Source of the DNA: Eledone cirrhosa
Lineage: Eukaryota
Direction: 5' to 3'
Assembly: GCA_964016885.1 (NCBI GenBank)
Contig: CAXHJY010001421.1
Location: 1 to 64,000, forward strand
Length of the DNA stretch: 64,000 nt
Positions 25,401 to 39,372 of this stretch are shown here, one piece after another (the stretch's first letter is position 1; every line of letters begins with the position of its first letter). The notes below the pieces were generated by a model. That model did no database searches. It was not told the origin of the DNA and worked only from the letters and a program-made list of their open reading frames with translations. The position numbers and the translations under genes are program-made.

Positions 25401-28400
25401 CTGTGACTGAGTGTATCTGTCTGTGACTGTGTGTCTGTCTGTGACTGAGTGTATCTGTCTGTGACTGTGTGTGTCTGTCTGTGACTGTGTGTATCTGTCT
25501 GTGACTGTGTGTGTCTGTCTGTGACTGAGTGTATCTGTCTGTGACTGAGTGTATCTGTCTGTGACTCTGTGTGTCTGTCTGTGACTGAGTGTATCTGTCT
25601 GTGACTAGGTGTATCTGTCTGTGACTGAGTGTATCTGTCTGTGACTGAGTGTGTCTGTCTGTGACTGAGTGTGTCTGTCTGTGACTGAGTGTATCTGTCT
25701 GTGACTGTGTGTGTCTGTCTGTGACTGAGTGTATCTGTCTGTGACTGAGTGTATCTGTCTGTGACTGAGTGTATCTGTCTGTGACTGTGTGTGTCTGTCT
25801 GTGACTGAGTGTATCTGTCTGTGACTGTGTGTATCTGTCTGTGACTGTGTGTGTCTGTCTGTGACTGAGTGTATCTGTCTGTGACTGAGTGTATCTGTCT
25901 GTGACTGTGTGTGTCTGTCTGTGACTGTGTGTGTCTGTCTGTGACTGAGTGTATCTGTCTGTGACTCTGTGTGTCTGTCTGTGACTGAGTGTATCTGTCT
26001 GTGTCTGTCTGTGACTGTGTGTGTCTGTGTGTGTCTGTGTGTGTCTGTCTGTGACTGAGTGTATCTGTCTGTGACTGTGTGTGTCTGTCTGTGATTGTGT
26101 GTGTCTGTCTGTGACTGAGTGTATCTGTCTGTGACTCTGTGTGTCTGTCTGTGACTGAGTGTATCTGTCTGTGTCTGTCTGTGACTGTGTGTGTCTGTGT
26201 GTGTCTGTGTGTGTCTGTCTGTGACTGAGTGTATCTGTCTGTGACTGTGTGTGTCTGTCTGTGACTGTGTGTGTCTGTCTGTGACTGAGTGTATCTGTCT
26301 GTGACTCTGTGTATCTGTCTGTGACTGAGTGTATCTGTCTGTGACTGTGTGTCTGTCTGTGACTGAGTGTATCTGTCTGTGACTGTGTGTGTCTGTCTGT
26401 GACTGTGTGTATCTGTCTGTATCTCTCTGTGACTGTGTGTGTCTGTCTGTGACTGAGTGTATCTGTCTGTGACTGAGTGTATCTGTCTGTGACTGAGTGT
26501 ATCTGTCTGTGACTGAGTGTATCTGTCTGTGACTGTGTGTGTCTGTCTGTAACTGAGTGTATCTGTCTGTAACTGTGTGTGTCTGTCTGTGACTGAGTGT
26601 ATCTGTCTGTATCTGTCTGTGACTGTGTGTGTCTGTCTGTGACTGAGTGTATCTGTCTGTGACTGAGTGTATCTGTCTGTGACTGAGTGTATCTGTCTGT
26701 GACTGAGTGTATCTGTCTGTGACTGTGTGTATCTGTCTGTGACTCTGTGTGTCTGTCTGTGACTGAGTGTATCTGTCTGTGACTCTGTGTGTCTGTCTGT
26801 GACTGAGTGTATCTGTCTGTATCTGTCTGTGACTGTGTGTGTCTGTCTGTGACTGAGTGTATCTGTCTGTGACTGAGTGTATCTGTCTGTGACTGAGTGT
26901 ATCTGTCTGTGACTGAGTGTATCTGTCTGTGACTCTGTGTGTCTGTCTGTGACTGAGTGTATCTGTCTGTATCTGTCTGTGACTGTGTGTGTCTGTCTGT
27001 GACTGAGTGTGTCTGTCTGTGACTGAGTGTATCTGTCTGTATCTGTCTGTGACTGTGTGTGTCTGTCTGTGACTGAGTGTATCTGTCTGTGACTGAGTGT
27101 ATCTGTCTGTGACTGAGTGTATCTGTCTGTGACTGTGTGTGTCTGTCTGTGACTGAGTGTATCTGTCTGTGACTGTGTATCTGTCTGTGACTGTGTGTGT
27201 CTGTCTGTGACTGAGTGTATCTGTCTGTGACTGTGTGTGTCTGTCTGTGACTGTGTGTGTCTGTCTGTGACTGAGTGTATCTGTCTGTGACTGTGTGTGT
27301 CTGTCTGTGACTGAGTGTATCTGTCTGTGACTGAGTGTATCTGTCTGTGACTGAGTGTATCTGTCTGTGACTGAGTGTATCTGTCTGTGACTGTGTGTCT
27401 GTCTGTGACTGTGTGTGTCTGTCTGTGACTGAGTGTATCTGTCTGTGATTGTGTGTGTCTGTCTGTGACTCTGTGTATCTGTCTGTGACTGAGTGTATCT
27501 GTCTGTGACTGTGTGTCTGTCTGTGACTGAGTGTATCTGTCTGTGACTGTGTGTGTCTGTCTGTGACTGTGTGTATCTGTCTGTGACTGTGTGTGTCTGT
27601 CTGTGACTGAGTGTATCTGTCTGTGACTGAGTGTATCTGTCTGTGACTGTGTGTGTCTGTCTGTGACTGAGTGTATCTGTCTGTGACTCTGTGTGTCTGT
27701 CTGTGACTGAGTGTATCTGTCTGTGACTAGGTGTATCTGTCTGTGACTGTGTGTGTCTGTCTGTGACTGAGTGTATCTGTCTGTGACTGTGTGTATCTGT
27801 CTGTGACTGTGTGTGTCTGTCTGTGACTGAGTGTATCTGTCTGTGACTGAGTGTATCTGTCTGTGACTGTCTGTGTCTGTCTGTGACTGTGTGTGTCTGT
27901 GTGTGTCTGTGTGTGTCTGTCTGTGACTGAGTGTATCTGTCTGTGACTGTGTGTGTCTGTCTGTGACTGTGTGTGTCTGTCTGTGACTGAGTGTATCTGT
28001 CTGTGACTCTGTGTATCTGTCTGTGACTGAGTGTATCTGTCTGTGACTGTGTGTCTGTCTGTGACTGAGTGTATCTGTCTGTGACTGTGTGTGTCTGTCT
28101 GTGACTGTGTGTATCTGTCTGTATCTCTCTGTGACTGTGTGTGTCTGTCTGTGACTGAGTGTATCTGTCTGTGACTGAGTGTATCTGTCTGTGACTGAGT
28201 GTATCTGTCTGTGACTGAGTGTATCTGTCTGTGACTGTGTGTGTCTGTCTGTAACTGAGTGTATCTGTCTGTAACTGTGTGTGTCTGTCTGTGACTGAGT
28301 GTATCTGTCTGTATCTGTCTGTGACTGTGTGTGTCTGTCTGTGACTGAGTGTATCTGTCTGTGACTGAGTGTATCTGTCTGTGACTGAGTGTATCTGTCT

Positions 28401-30262
28401 GTGACTGAGTGTATCTGTCTGTGACTGTGTGTATCTGTCTGTGACTCTGTGTGTCTGTCTGTGACTGAGTGTATCTGTCTGTGACTCTGTGTGTCTGTCT
28501 GTGACTGAGTGTATCTGTCTGTATCTGTCTGTGACTGTGTGTGTCTGTCTGTGACTGAGTGTATCTGTCTGTGACTGAGTGTATCTGTCTGTGACTGAGT
28601 GTATCTGTCTGTGACTGAGTGTATCTGTCTGTGACTCTGTGTGTCTGTCTGTGACTGAGTGTATCTGTCTGTATCTGTCTGTGACTGTGTGTGTCTGTCT
28701 GTGACTGAGTGTGTCTGTCTGTGACTGAGTGTATCTGTCTGTATCTGTCTGTGACTGTGTGTGTCTGTCTGTGACTGAGTGTATCTGTCTGTGACTGAGT
28801 GTATCTGTCTGTGACTGAGTGTATCTGTCTGTGACTGTGTGTGTCTGTCTGTGACTGAGTGTATCTGTCTGTGACTGTGTATCTGTCTGTGACTGTGTGT
28901 GTCTGTCTGTGACTGAGTGTATCTGTCTGTGACTGTGTGTGTCTGTCTGTGACTGTGTGTGTCTGTCTGTGACTGAGTGTATCTGTCTGTGACTGTGTGT
29001 GTCTGTCTGTGACTGAGTGTATCTGTCTGTGACTGAGTGTATCTGTCTGTGACTGAGTGTATCTGTCTGTGACTGAGTGTATCTGTCTGTGACTGTGTGT
29101 CTGTCTGTGACTGTGTGTGTCTGTCTGTGACTGAGTGTATCTGTCTGTGATTGTGTGTGTCTGTCTGTGACTCTGTGTATCTGTCTGTGACTGAGTGTAT
29201 CTGTCTGTGACTGTGTGTCTGTCTGTGACTGAGTGTATCTGTCTGTGACTGTGTGTGTCTGTCTGTGACTGTGTGTATCTGTCTGTGACTGTGTGTGTCT
29301 GTCTGTGACTGAGTGTATCTGTCTGTGACTGAGTGTATCTGTCTGTGACTGTGTGTGTCTGTCTGTGACTGAGTGTATCTGTCTGTGACTCTGTGTGTCT
29401 GTCTGTGACTGAGTGTATCTGTCTGTGACTAGGTGTATCTGTCTGTGACTGTGTGTGTCTGTCTGTGACTGAGTGTATCTGTCTGTGACTGTGTGTATCT
29501 GTCTGTGACTGTGTGTGTCTGTCTGTGACTGAGTGTATCTGTCTGTGACTGAGTGTATCTGTCTGTGACTGTGTGTGTCTGTCTGTGACTGTGTGTGTCT
29601 GTCTGTGACTGAGTGTATCTGTCTGTGACTCTGTGTGTCTGTCTGTGACTGAGTGTATCTGTCTGTGTCTGTCTGTGACTGTGTGTGTCTGTGTGTGTCT
29701 GTGTGTGTCTGTCTGTGACTGAGTGTATCTGTCTGTGACTGTGTGTGTCTGTCTGTGATTGTGTGTGTCTGTCTGTGACTGAGTGTATCTGTCTGTGACT
29801 CTGTGTGTCTGTCTGTGACTGAGTGTATCTGTCTGTGTCTGTCTGTGACTGTGTGTGTCTGTGTGTGTCTGTGTGTGTCTGTCTGTGACTGAGTGTATCT
29901 GTCTGTGACTGTGTGTGTCTGTCTGTGACTGTGTGTGTCTGTCTGTGACTGAGTGTATCTGTCTGTGACTCTGTGTATCTGTCTGTGACTGAGTGTATCT
30001 GTCTGTGACTTGTGTGTCTGTCTGTGACTGCGTGTGTCGGTCTGTGACTGAGTGTATCTGTCTGTGACTGTATGTCTGTCTGTGACTGTGTCTGTCTGTG
30101 ACTGTGTGTTTCTGTATGACTGTGTGTGTGTCTGTCTGTGAATGAGTGAGTGTCTGTGTGTCTGTGTATGTCTGTATGTGTTTGTGTGTGTCTGTGTGTG
30201 ACTGAGTGTCTATGTGTGAAAGTGTGTGTTTATGTGTGACTGCATGTCTGTGTGTGACTGTG
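22480..30262. repeat. ~7.8-kb satellite of 20-bp units (GTGACTGAGTGTATCTGTCT / GTGACTGTGTGTGTCTGTCT)
   Basis: Direct inspection; 10- and 18-bp variant units; higher-order duplications. Confidence 0.97.
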
Positions 30263-30710
30263 ATAGTGACTTTGTATTCTGGGCTATAAGAGGGCTTATT
30301 TTCTCAACAAATATGGTGAGGTAGGGGGGGCAAGAAAATGCATCCCATTGTCATCATTACCAACATTATCATCACCACCACCACCACCATTGTTGATTTC
30401 TATTGTTGTTGTTCTTTGTTTTGTTGTCGTTGTTGTTGACCTTTCTTTCTTTTTTTTTCTAGTCATTGCATTTATTCATGCAATGATTAAATATTTAGAA
30501 AGAGAGAATCATGAGCCTCAACAAAGCTAAATTACTTTTTTAACTGATGCTTGTTATAATGCTAATTGTATGCATACACTTCATTAATTATTTAAATCTA
30601 ATTAAGACAGACAGATGAGTTGCTGCCATGTAATCTATGTTCACACATTAATGAGGTTCAGGTGGTAAGCCTTGAACCAGAGAGGATGGAGTTGAGTTTT
30701 TTTTCATTTC

Positions 30711-30802
<92 letters not shown>

Positions 30803-30803
30803 G

Positions 30804-30878
<75 letters not shown>

Positions 30879-30980
30879 CAGAGTGTCCACAAAAAATGTA
30901 TACACACTTTGATTACCTGTACAGGCAATATTTATTAGACTGCTGTTGAAGTGAGTATACTCTTTTGGTGGGGAAACCTG
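30879..30980. mobile_element. Tc1/mariner-type MITE (~100 bp)
   Basis: TA|CAG..CTG|TA with degenerate TIRs; inverted homolog of 60065-60164. Confidence 0.7.
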
Positions 30981-31004
30981 TATATATATATATATATATA
31001 TATA

Positions 31005-31541
31005 TCGTCATCATCATCATCATTTTTACATCCACTTTTCCATGCTTGTATGAGTTGGATAAGTCCTTCTCAGCACGGCATCTCTCCATTTGTCGCGTTC
31101 CTTCATCATCTTCTTTGCCAGTCTTAATGATTTAAGGTCAGCGCTCATAACCTCTGCCCAGGTCTTTCTTGGTCGTCCTCTACTGTGGCTTCCTACTACT
31201 GGGATTTCTTGGTTTTTATTCACCCATCAGTCATTGTCCATGTGCATCACATATTCATACCAATGCAGTCTACTTTCCTGCACACCACCCCAGATTCCTC
31301 TTAAACTCAGCTTCTCCTTCAGGTCATCCAAGCTCTGCCTTTCTCTCACATTTACATTGTACATCCAATGAAAGACATTTGCTTCATTTCTCTCCAGTCT
31401 ATGCATGTCCTCTGCACAGCCCATGTTTCACTACCATGCAGCATTGTGCACTGTACACAGGCGTCGTACAGCCTTCCTTTTGTATGTAGGGGAAAACCTT
31501 TTGTTGTCAGCAGTGGAGGTAGTTCTCTAAACGTCTTCCAA
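31005..31541 (-). pseudogene. Older RTE LINE 3' fragment
   Basis: [39 protein letters not shown] and a (GAT)n tail on the - strand. Confidence 0.85.
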
Positions 31542-31604
31542 CATATATATGTATATATATATATACATATATATATATTCATTTCATTAAAGCTGAATAG
31601 TGAG

Positions 31605-31654
31605 TCGTGTTACTCTGAAGTTTCACCTGTTTATAACAGGGTCATCAGACAAGA
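31605..31654 (-). ncRNA. Compact type I hammerhead ribozyme motif
   Basis: ucuugu-CUGAUGA-c-ccuguu-aua-aacagg-u-GAAA-CU-ucag-AG-UA-acacga; GUA triplet. Confidence 0.78.
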
Positions 31655-33123
31655 GAATGGATATTAAAACTCTACTACAGTACTGAGTACTCCTTTCTCT
31701 CAGCCGTCAACCACATAGGATATATATATATATAGATATATAGGTAGGTAGAAAGATATATTGATATAGAAAGGGAATATAGACATCCTAGATGCAGAAA
31801 ACTGTAAACACAGCCGATTGCTATAAATAATTGCTTAGAAAATTGGGTAAAATACCCCTATGAATGGGAAATAGTGGCCAGCACTATGTATGGACATGTA
31901 ATTCTTTGTTGAGCCATAGCTGAGTTATAGACGTGCTGTTGTTACTTACAAGAGCTATAGACGTGCTGTTGTTACTTACAAGAGCTATAGACGTGCTGTT
32001 GTTACTTACAATACTTTAAACCTAGCTGAGCTATAGATGTGCTGTTGTTCCTTACAATACTTTAAACCTAGCTGAGCCATAGATGTGCTGTTGTTACACA
32101 CAACACTTTAAACCTAGCTGAGCTATAGATGTGCTGTTGTTCCTTACAATACTTTAAACCTAGCTGAGCCATAGATGTGCTGTTGTTACATACAATACTT
32201 TAAACTTAGCTGAGCTATAGATGTGCTGTTGTTCCTTACAATACTTTAAACCTAGCTGAGCCATAGATGTGCTGTTGTTACATACAATACTTTAAACCTA
32301 GCTGAGCTATAGATGTGCTGTTGTTCCTTACAATACTTTAAACCTAGCTGAGCCATAGATGTGCTGTTGTTACACACAACACTTTAAACATAGCTGAGCT
32401 ATAGATGTGCTGTTGTTCCTTACAATACTTTAAACCTAGCTGAGCCATAGATGTGCTGTTGTTCCTTACAATACTTTAAACCTAGCTGAGCTATAGATGT
32501 GCTGTTTTTCCTTACAATACTTTAAACCTAGCTGAGCTATAGATGTGCTGTTGTTCCTTACAATACTTTAAACCTAGCTGAGCCATAGATGTGCTGTTGT
32601 TACATACAACACTTTAAACCTAGCTGAGCTATAGATGTGCTGTTGTTCCTTACAATACTTTAAACCTAGCTGAGCCATAGATGTGCTGTTGTTACATACA
32701 ATACTTTAAAGCTAGCTGAGCTATAGATGTGCTGTTTTTCCTTACAATACTTTAAACCTAGCTGAGCTATAGATTTGCTGTTGTTCCTTACAATACTTTA
32801 AACCTAGCTGAGCCATAGATGTGCTGTTGTTACATACAACACTTTAAACCTAGCTGAGCTATAGATGTGCTGTTGTTCCTTACAATACTTTAAACCTAGC
32901 TGAGCCATAGATGTGCTGTTGTTACATACAACACTTTAAACCTAGCTGAGCCATAGATGTGCTGTTGTTCCTTACAATACTTTAAACCTAGCTGAGCCAT
33001 AGATGTGCTGTCATTACATACAACACTTTTAACCTAGCTAAGCCATAGATATGCCAGCATTACAAAGAACACCTTAAACATAGCTGAGCTATAGATATGC
33101 TGTTGTTACATACAATACTTTAA

Positions 33124-33338
33124 CCCTTTAGCATTTACTCTATATATACTATTATATTTTCATGATAAATGCTTTATCTTACATAAATATCTCACATAAT
33201 ATTGAATCTATGAGATTTTGAAAGTATTTATTTTGAGAACAATACCTTAACATCAGTTTGAGCGACCAGTTACAGCCAGTTTCAACAGAAAAAGGTAGAG
33301 AATTCTGGCCGGTTTTGGCCGGTTTGAACATTAAAGAG
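33124..33338. mobile_element. piggyBac-type MITE (TTAA TSD)
   Basis: TTAA|CCCTTTAGCATTTA..ATTAAAGAG|TTAA inside a satellite unit. Confidence 0.75.
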
Positions 33339-33480
33339 TTAAACCTAGCTGAGCTGTAGATGTGCTGTCATTACATACAACACTTTAAACCTATCTGAGC
33401 CATAGATATGTTGTCATTACAAAGAACACATTAAACCTAACTGAGCTGTAGATGTGCTGTCATTACATACAACACTTTAA

Positions 33481-33701
33481 CCCTTCAGCATGTACATTAC
33501 TCTATATTTACCATTGTATTTTCATGGTAAAGGCTTTACATCACATAATTATCTCACACAATATCGAATCTATGAGATTTTGATATTATTTATTTTGAGA
33601 ACAATACATTAACATCAGTATGAGTAGCCAGAAACAGCCAGTTTGAACAGAAAGAGATGAGGGAGTTCTGGTTGGATATGGCCGGTTTAAATGCTAAAGG
33701 G
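33481..33701. mobile_element. piggyBac-type MITE (TTAA TSD), second copy
   Basis: TTAA|CCCTTCAGCAT..ATGCTAAAGGG|TTAA. Confidence 0.8.
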
Positions 33702-34684
33702 TTAAACCTATCTGAGACATAGATGTGTTACTTTTGAAGATGACAGGTTACAATTTGGTTGCTATATCTAATAAATATATCAATGTGTCCTTGAATTGTT
33801 GTGTTAAAACAGTGAAAATGTGTGATTTGAGGGAGATTTGACTGTTGTTGTTAGCATGTCTATCGACCACATAGAGCCCTGTTGTTGACTTATGAGGCTG
33901 TATATACCTACATGAAGTGAGAAACAAATGTCCATTGTTGTTTAGTCTACAGTGAATCATTCATGCGTGATTTGTAATGGTTCAACTAACTACACAACAT
34001 GGACATTGGTGGTGTTGTACATATGGATTGTATGGGAGGACGGACACACACACACATGTACACTCACATACACACATGCATACACACACACATTCACACA
34101 CATACACATAGACACACACATGCACATACAGACATACATGCACACACATACACATGCACACATAAACATAGACTCACACAGAGTTACATATACAGACAGA
34201 CACAAACAGACACACATACACAGACACATATATGCACACACACACACACACATGCACACACATACATGAACACATGCACACACATACACACACATGCACA
34301 CAGACATGTACATACAGACACACATTCACATGCACACAGAGACAAACAATCACAGAGATACATTTATACACGGATATAAAGAGAGACACACATACACACC
34401 GACAGAGACACACACATACATGCACAAGCACACACAGACACACGTGTGTGTGCTAACAACTCTTTTACAAAAATCAACCTTTAGACATTGTATGCAGAAA
34501 ATACAATGACTTTTGTTCCTACCATTGAAGGGGTTTGTATGTTATTTTATAAATGTATCTATATGTAGGATATGGGGGGGGGGTGATGATGGTGGGGAGG
34601 ATGATGATGGTGGTGGTGGTGGTGTTGATGGTGATGATTATTAGATTTTACAAGGTTACTTCTGCTTCCTGACCTTCCTCTCCT

Positions 34685-34720
<36 letters not shown>

Positions 34721-35016
34721 ACTTTACCATCCTCAATTATTCATAACCATTCATTGTTGTTGTTACTGTTGTTGTTATTTAACCCTAGGTCAGCCATGAT
34801 CCACCAAAACTATCATCAAAGACATTCCTTCTAGCACTATTCTGCCCATTTTTTAAATTCTTTTTTGTTCAGGCATAATGTATCCTGGACAACACTTTTC
34901 TATGTGTCATTTTTTTAAAGAAGGCTATAGGTCATACAGCATGAGGGCAAATTGGCAACTACTCCTAGCAGGTCAAATGACCACATTGAGCAGTGTTTCT
35001 CAAAGACCCAGGTCAG

Positions 35017-35275
35017 ATTTCATCTCTTGCAATACCAGATTTCTTTCCCCCCACCACCACCATTTTACCCCTTGCAATATCAAGTTTCCTTACCCCCCCC
35101 CCCTCCCACACCACACACACAATTTCACCCCTTGCAATACCAGTTTTTCTTCCCCCACCCCCCACCCCCTCCACCCCACCATCCCCACCCCTACCATTTC
35201 ACTCCTTGCAATACCAGGTTTCCTCCTCCCTTCCCCCACTAACCATTTTACCTCTTGCAATACCAAGTTTCCTCC
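35017..35275. repeat. Five ~27-bp repeats (CATTTYACCYCTTGCAATACCARGTTTC) with variable C-rich spacers
   Basis: Copies at about 35017, 35061, 35121, 35195, 35244. Confidence 0.8.
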
Positions 35276-35371
35276 ACCTCCATCCCACCCCTGTCCAACC
35301 CTGTCCAACCCATGCTAGTCTCAGACAGTACCAAGCAGTCCAGCTCATGCCAGTATGTAAAAATGGATATA

Positions 35372-35562
35372 TAATTGTTTCTACTTTTGGCACAAGGCCA
35401 GCAATTATCTCAGTGTATTACTGGTACTTTATTTTATCGACCCCGTAATGATGAAAGGCAAAGTTAACCTCCTCGACAGGACTTGAACTCAGACTGTAAA
35501 GGGATGTAACTCTATGCTGCAAAGCATGGTGTCAGACCCTCTACCGATACTGCTAATCCACC
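35372..35562 (-). mobile_element. SINE family 2
   Basis: Reverse-complement copy. Confidence 0.85.
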
Positions 35563-36396
35563 AGATATATAATGATAATGACATGTATGTGTATGTAACT
35601 GTGTGTGTGAATATAAACAATTAACTTCTTATATGTATTAAAAAGTTCTATAAATACTTCATATCTTATTCTTGTGGTGATGAATGGCTTAGTAGTTAGA
35701 GTGATTAAGTCTTTCAGCAAGACACTTTATTTTACATTACTTCAGGCCACTCAGCTGGCAAAAATGAGTTATATCTGTAAATTCAAAAAGTCTGTGTCAC
35801 ACTAAATTTCCCTGATAATTATTTTATGAGTGCATATGTTTCTGGAATGCTCAGCCACTTGCATGCTAATTTTCTAAGTAGTCTGTTCCTTAGCCACATA
35901 GTCATTTGTTTTGTCTTATTTTATTTTACCTTTATATGAATTTAATATTCAGGAAGAGCCGCAGTAGTTATATTGCAAAATATTTGTGTTAAAATTGGTA
36001 ATTTACCATTTATCTCAGACAGAATGACACAATGCTAACAGCTGTTACTTACCATAAGGTTTTATATGAAAGAAATTACTGATTTCAATAGCTTCTTTGA
36101 CAGAATTATTAAAGTAAAAATACAGCTTAAGGGCATTTTAAAACACCACACTCATTTTTATATATTTTATTATTCTTACATTTTTCAGATATGATATTTT
36201 AAGATTTTTACACAGTGAAAGTATAAAAACAGCATCAATATTTAATTATATTTGATGCTGGTTCAAACATAAGTATATTGAATTATACATGAAGAATGTT
36301 TCTTTTGATCTCGGTTCAAATGTGGTACCTTGATCAAACCAATATATTAGATTAACATTATGTTTTGGATCTTGGCTCAGCTATTCAAATAAATGT

Positions 36397-36656
36397 TTAA
36401 CTCTTTTGTTATAATTATTTTAATGAAAGACACGGTCTATGATTCTCAAATAATTTTTTTAATAATCAAGAATTTCGAGGGATAATGTAATATAACTAAC
36501 TTTGTCCATCATTTATTTGCTATTTGGAATATAACAAATATTCTTACATAAAATTATGATGGAAAGTTTTTAGATGAATATAAACATTTTAAAACAAACA
36601 GTTTTGTAAAATAAAATCAAGGATGGTTTCAGGGAGTTTGGTATGAAAAAAGTTTA
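36397..36656. mobile_element. Degenerate TTAA-type MITE
   Basis: ttaactcttttgttat..ggtatgaaaaaagttta; 3' part tandemly duplicated at 36660-36733. Confidence 0.4.
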
Positions 36657-36759
36657 TATATATAAACACTTTAAAACAAACAGTTTAGTATCAAAAAGCC
36701 AAAGGCTGTTTCAGGGAATTTGCTATCAAAAGCATATATTGAAAAATTAATTAATGTAG

Positions 36760-37085
36760 ATCCTAAACTTTGAGTCACATATGATTTGTAAGATAAATCT
36801 AAACTTTAGCTCAAATATGATTTGTAACATAAGTTTAAACCTCAGTTCAAATATAATTTGTAAGATACATATAAACCTTGATTTGTAAGATAAATTTAAA
36901 CCTTGTCTCAAATATGATTTGTAAGATAAATCTAAACCTCGACTCAAATATGATTTGTATGATACATCTAAACCTTGACTTAAGTATGATTTTTAAGATA
37001 CATCTAAACCTCAGCTCAAATATGATTTATAATATCAATCTAAACCTTGTCTCAAATATGATTAGTAAGATCAATCTTAATACTT
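36760..37085. repeat. 36-bp minisatellite ATGATTTGTAAGATAAATCTAAACCTYRRCTCAAAT
   Basis: Period 36 (36781 to 36817), about 9 units. Confidence 0.85.
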
Positions 37086-37763
37086 CATCACAGAGCTCTT
37101 TCATAAGATGCTTGCTCAGACATCATACCAATGGTAATTTCTATATTTGTCACTGTTGATGTGGTTGTTGCTTAGCTCCATGTAAACACTGATATTATAG
37201 CCTTGCAACCAAAGGTGTTTCACTTATCACAAATTCCATATGTGCATGAATATCTAGGACTACATAATTTAATGTGCTCTATCCTCAGTAAAGTGAGATT
37301 TGAAGAAGATATTATTTCTACTTCTAGCTGGTAGAGCACCCACATTGAGTCTGTTTTGCTTAATTTCTTTGTGATTAGAAGTAGTATCCCTTTATGAGTA
37401 ACATGTTCTATTTATCTCAGAAGAGAAAAGAGGAGTTGTGAAGTCCATGATTCTCCAAAGAACACTAGTGATGTAACTGGAAGTGATGGGAGCTGAAGGT
37501 GGTGGTGATGATGGCGATGGCGGTGGTGGTAGTTCTGGCGGTGGTGGTGGTGGTGGCGGCAGTGGCGGTGATGGTGGTGCTGGTGGTGGTGGTAGCAGAG
37601 GTGGCGACAACTGCTGCTACTACTGTGGTGGTGAAGAAAGAAGTGATAGAGTGAGTGAAATCTATATGTTTCCATCTCATTATTTCAATCTGCCAATCCC
37701 CCCCCCCCACACACACAGGCTGCTCTGTTTGAGTATATATACATTTGTATATATATATACATC

Positions 37764-37855
<92 letters not shown>

Positions 37856-37891
37856 TATATGTGTGTGTGGGGGTGTATATAGATATATATG

Positions 37892-37944
<53 letters not shown>

Positions 37945-38367
37945 TATGTGTATTTTTCTCTCATTACAGCTAATTTATGACACCCATGTGAACTCTAAAT
38001 CACTGGTTCCACAAAGATAACTTTTATATACATTTATGAATTTTTATATGTGTGTGTGTGTGTGTGTACATACATAATTATATGTGTGTAAATAAATATA
38101 TATATGCATACACACAGACACAGATAAACTTGAATGGAATAGATGTAATCCATTTTTCTATTTAAATTATGTGTAAATGTGTGTGTGCGTGTGTGTGTTT
38201 GGTGAGCATGTATATAAGTGTTTATATATATATATATATATTCATACTCCCACACACTTATATGTGCCCCAATGCACACACACATATACACATATGATAC
38301 TGAAGGCATGAATATATATATATACATACATATATATATATACCACTACATACATATATATATATGA

Positions 38368-38501
<134 letters not shown>

Positions 38502-38524
38502 AAATATATATATATATATATATG

Positions 38525-38578
<54 letters not shown>

Positions 38579-38583
38579 TTATA

Positions 38584-38660
<77 letters not shown>

Positions 38661-38929
38661 CACACTCATACACCCACATGTACACGTACACCTATATAAA
38701 TTATACTGAAGACATGAATGTATTCAAGTTTATTTATTTTTATATTTTCCTTAAACTTTTCTCATATTTCCTTATTCCTTTATGTATAGTTTGGAGAAGG
38801 CAGTAAATTGCCAAAGTCATTACAGAGTCAGATTAAAATGCTTCTGTATTTCTTGATCCACGCTGTGCACTCCCAGATCAAATCCTGCCAAGATCATCTG
38901 TATCCTTCATAACCCAGTAATAGTGTTAA

Positions 38930-39372
<443 letters not shown>

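Larger units (their letters stand above)
31910..33735. repeat. 46-bp satellite AACCTAGCTGAGCTATAGATGTGCTGTTGTTCCTTACAATACTTTA
   Basis: Period 46 (32065 to 32111); starts with 30-bp truncated units; two variants largely alternate. Confidence 0.95.

Noticed and set aside
35017-35275. CRISPR-like repeat-spacer appearance (also 3525-3750 and the 46-bp array)
   Set aside because: Spacers are low-complexity or absent, repeats are degenerate, there are no cas genes and the context is eukaryotic
37483-37938. Gly-rich ORF
   Set aside because: (GGT)n microsatellite running into TA and GA repeats
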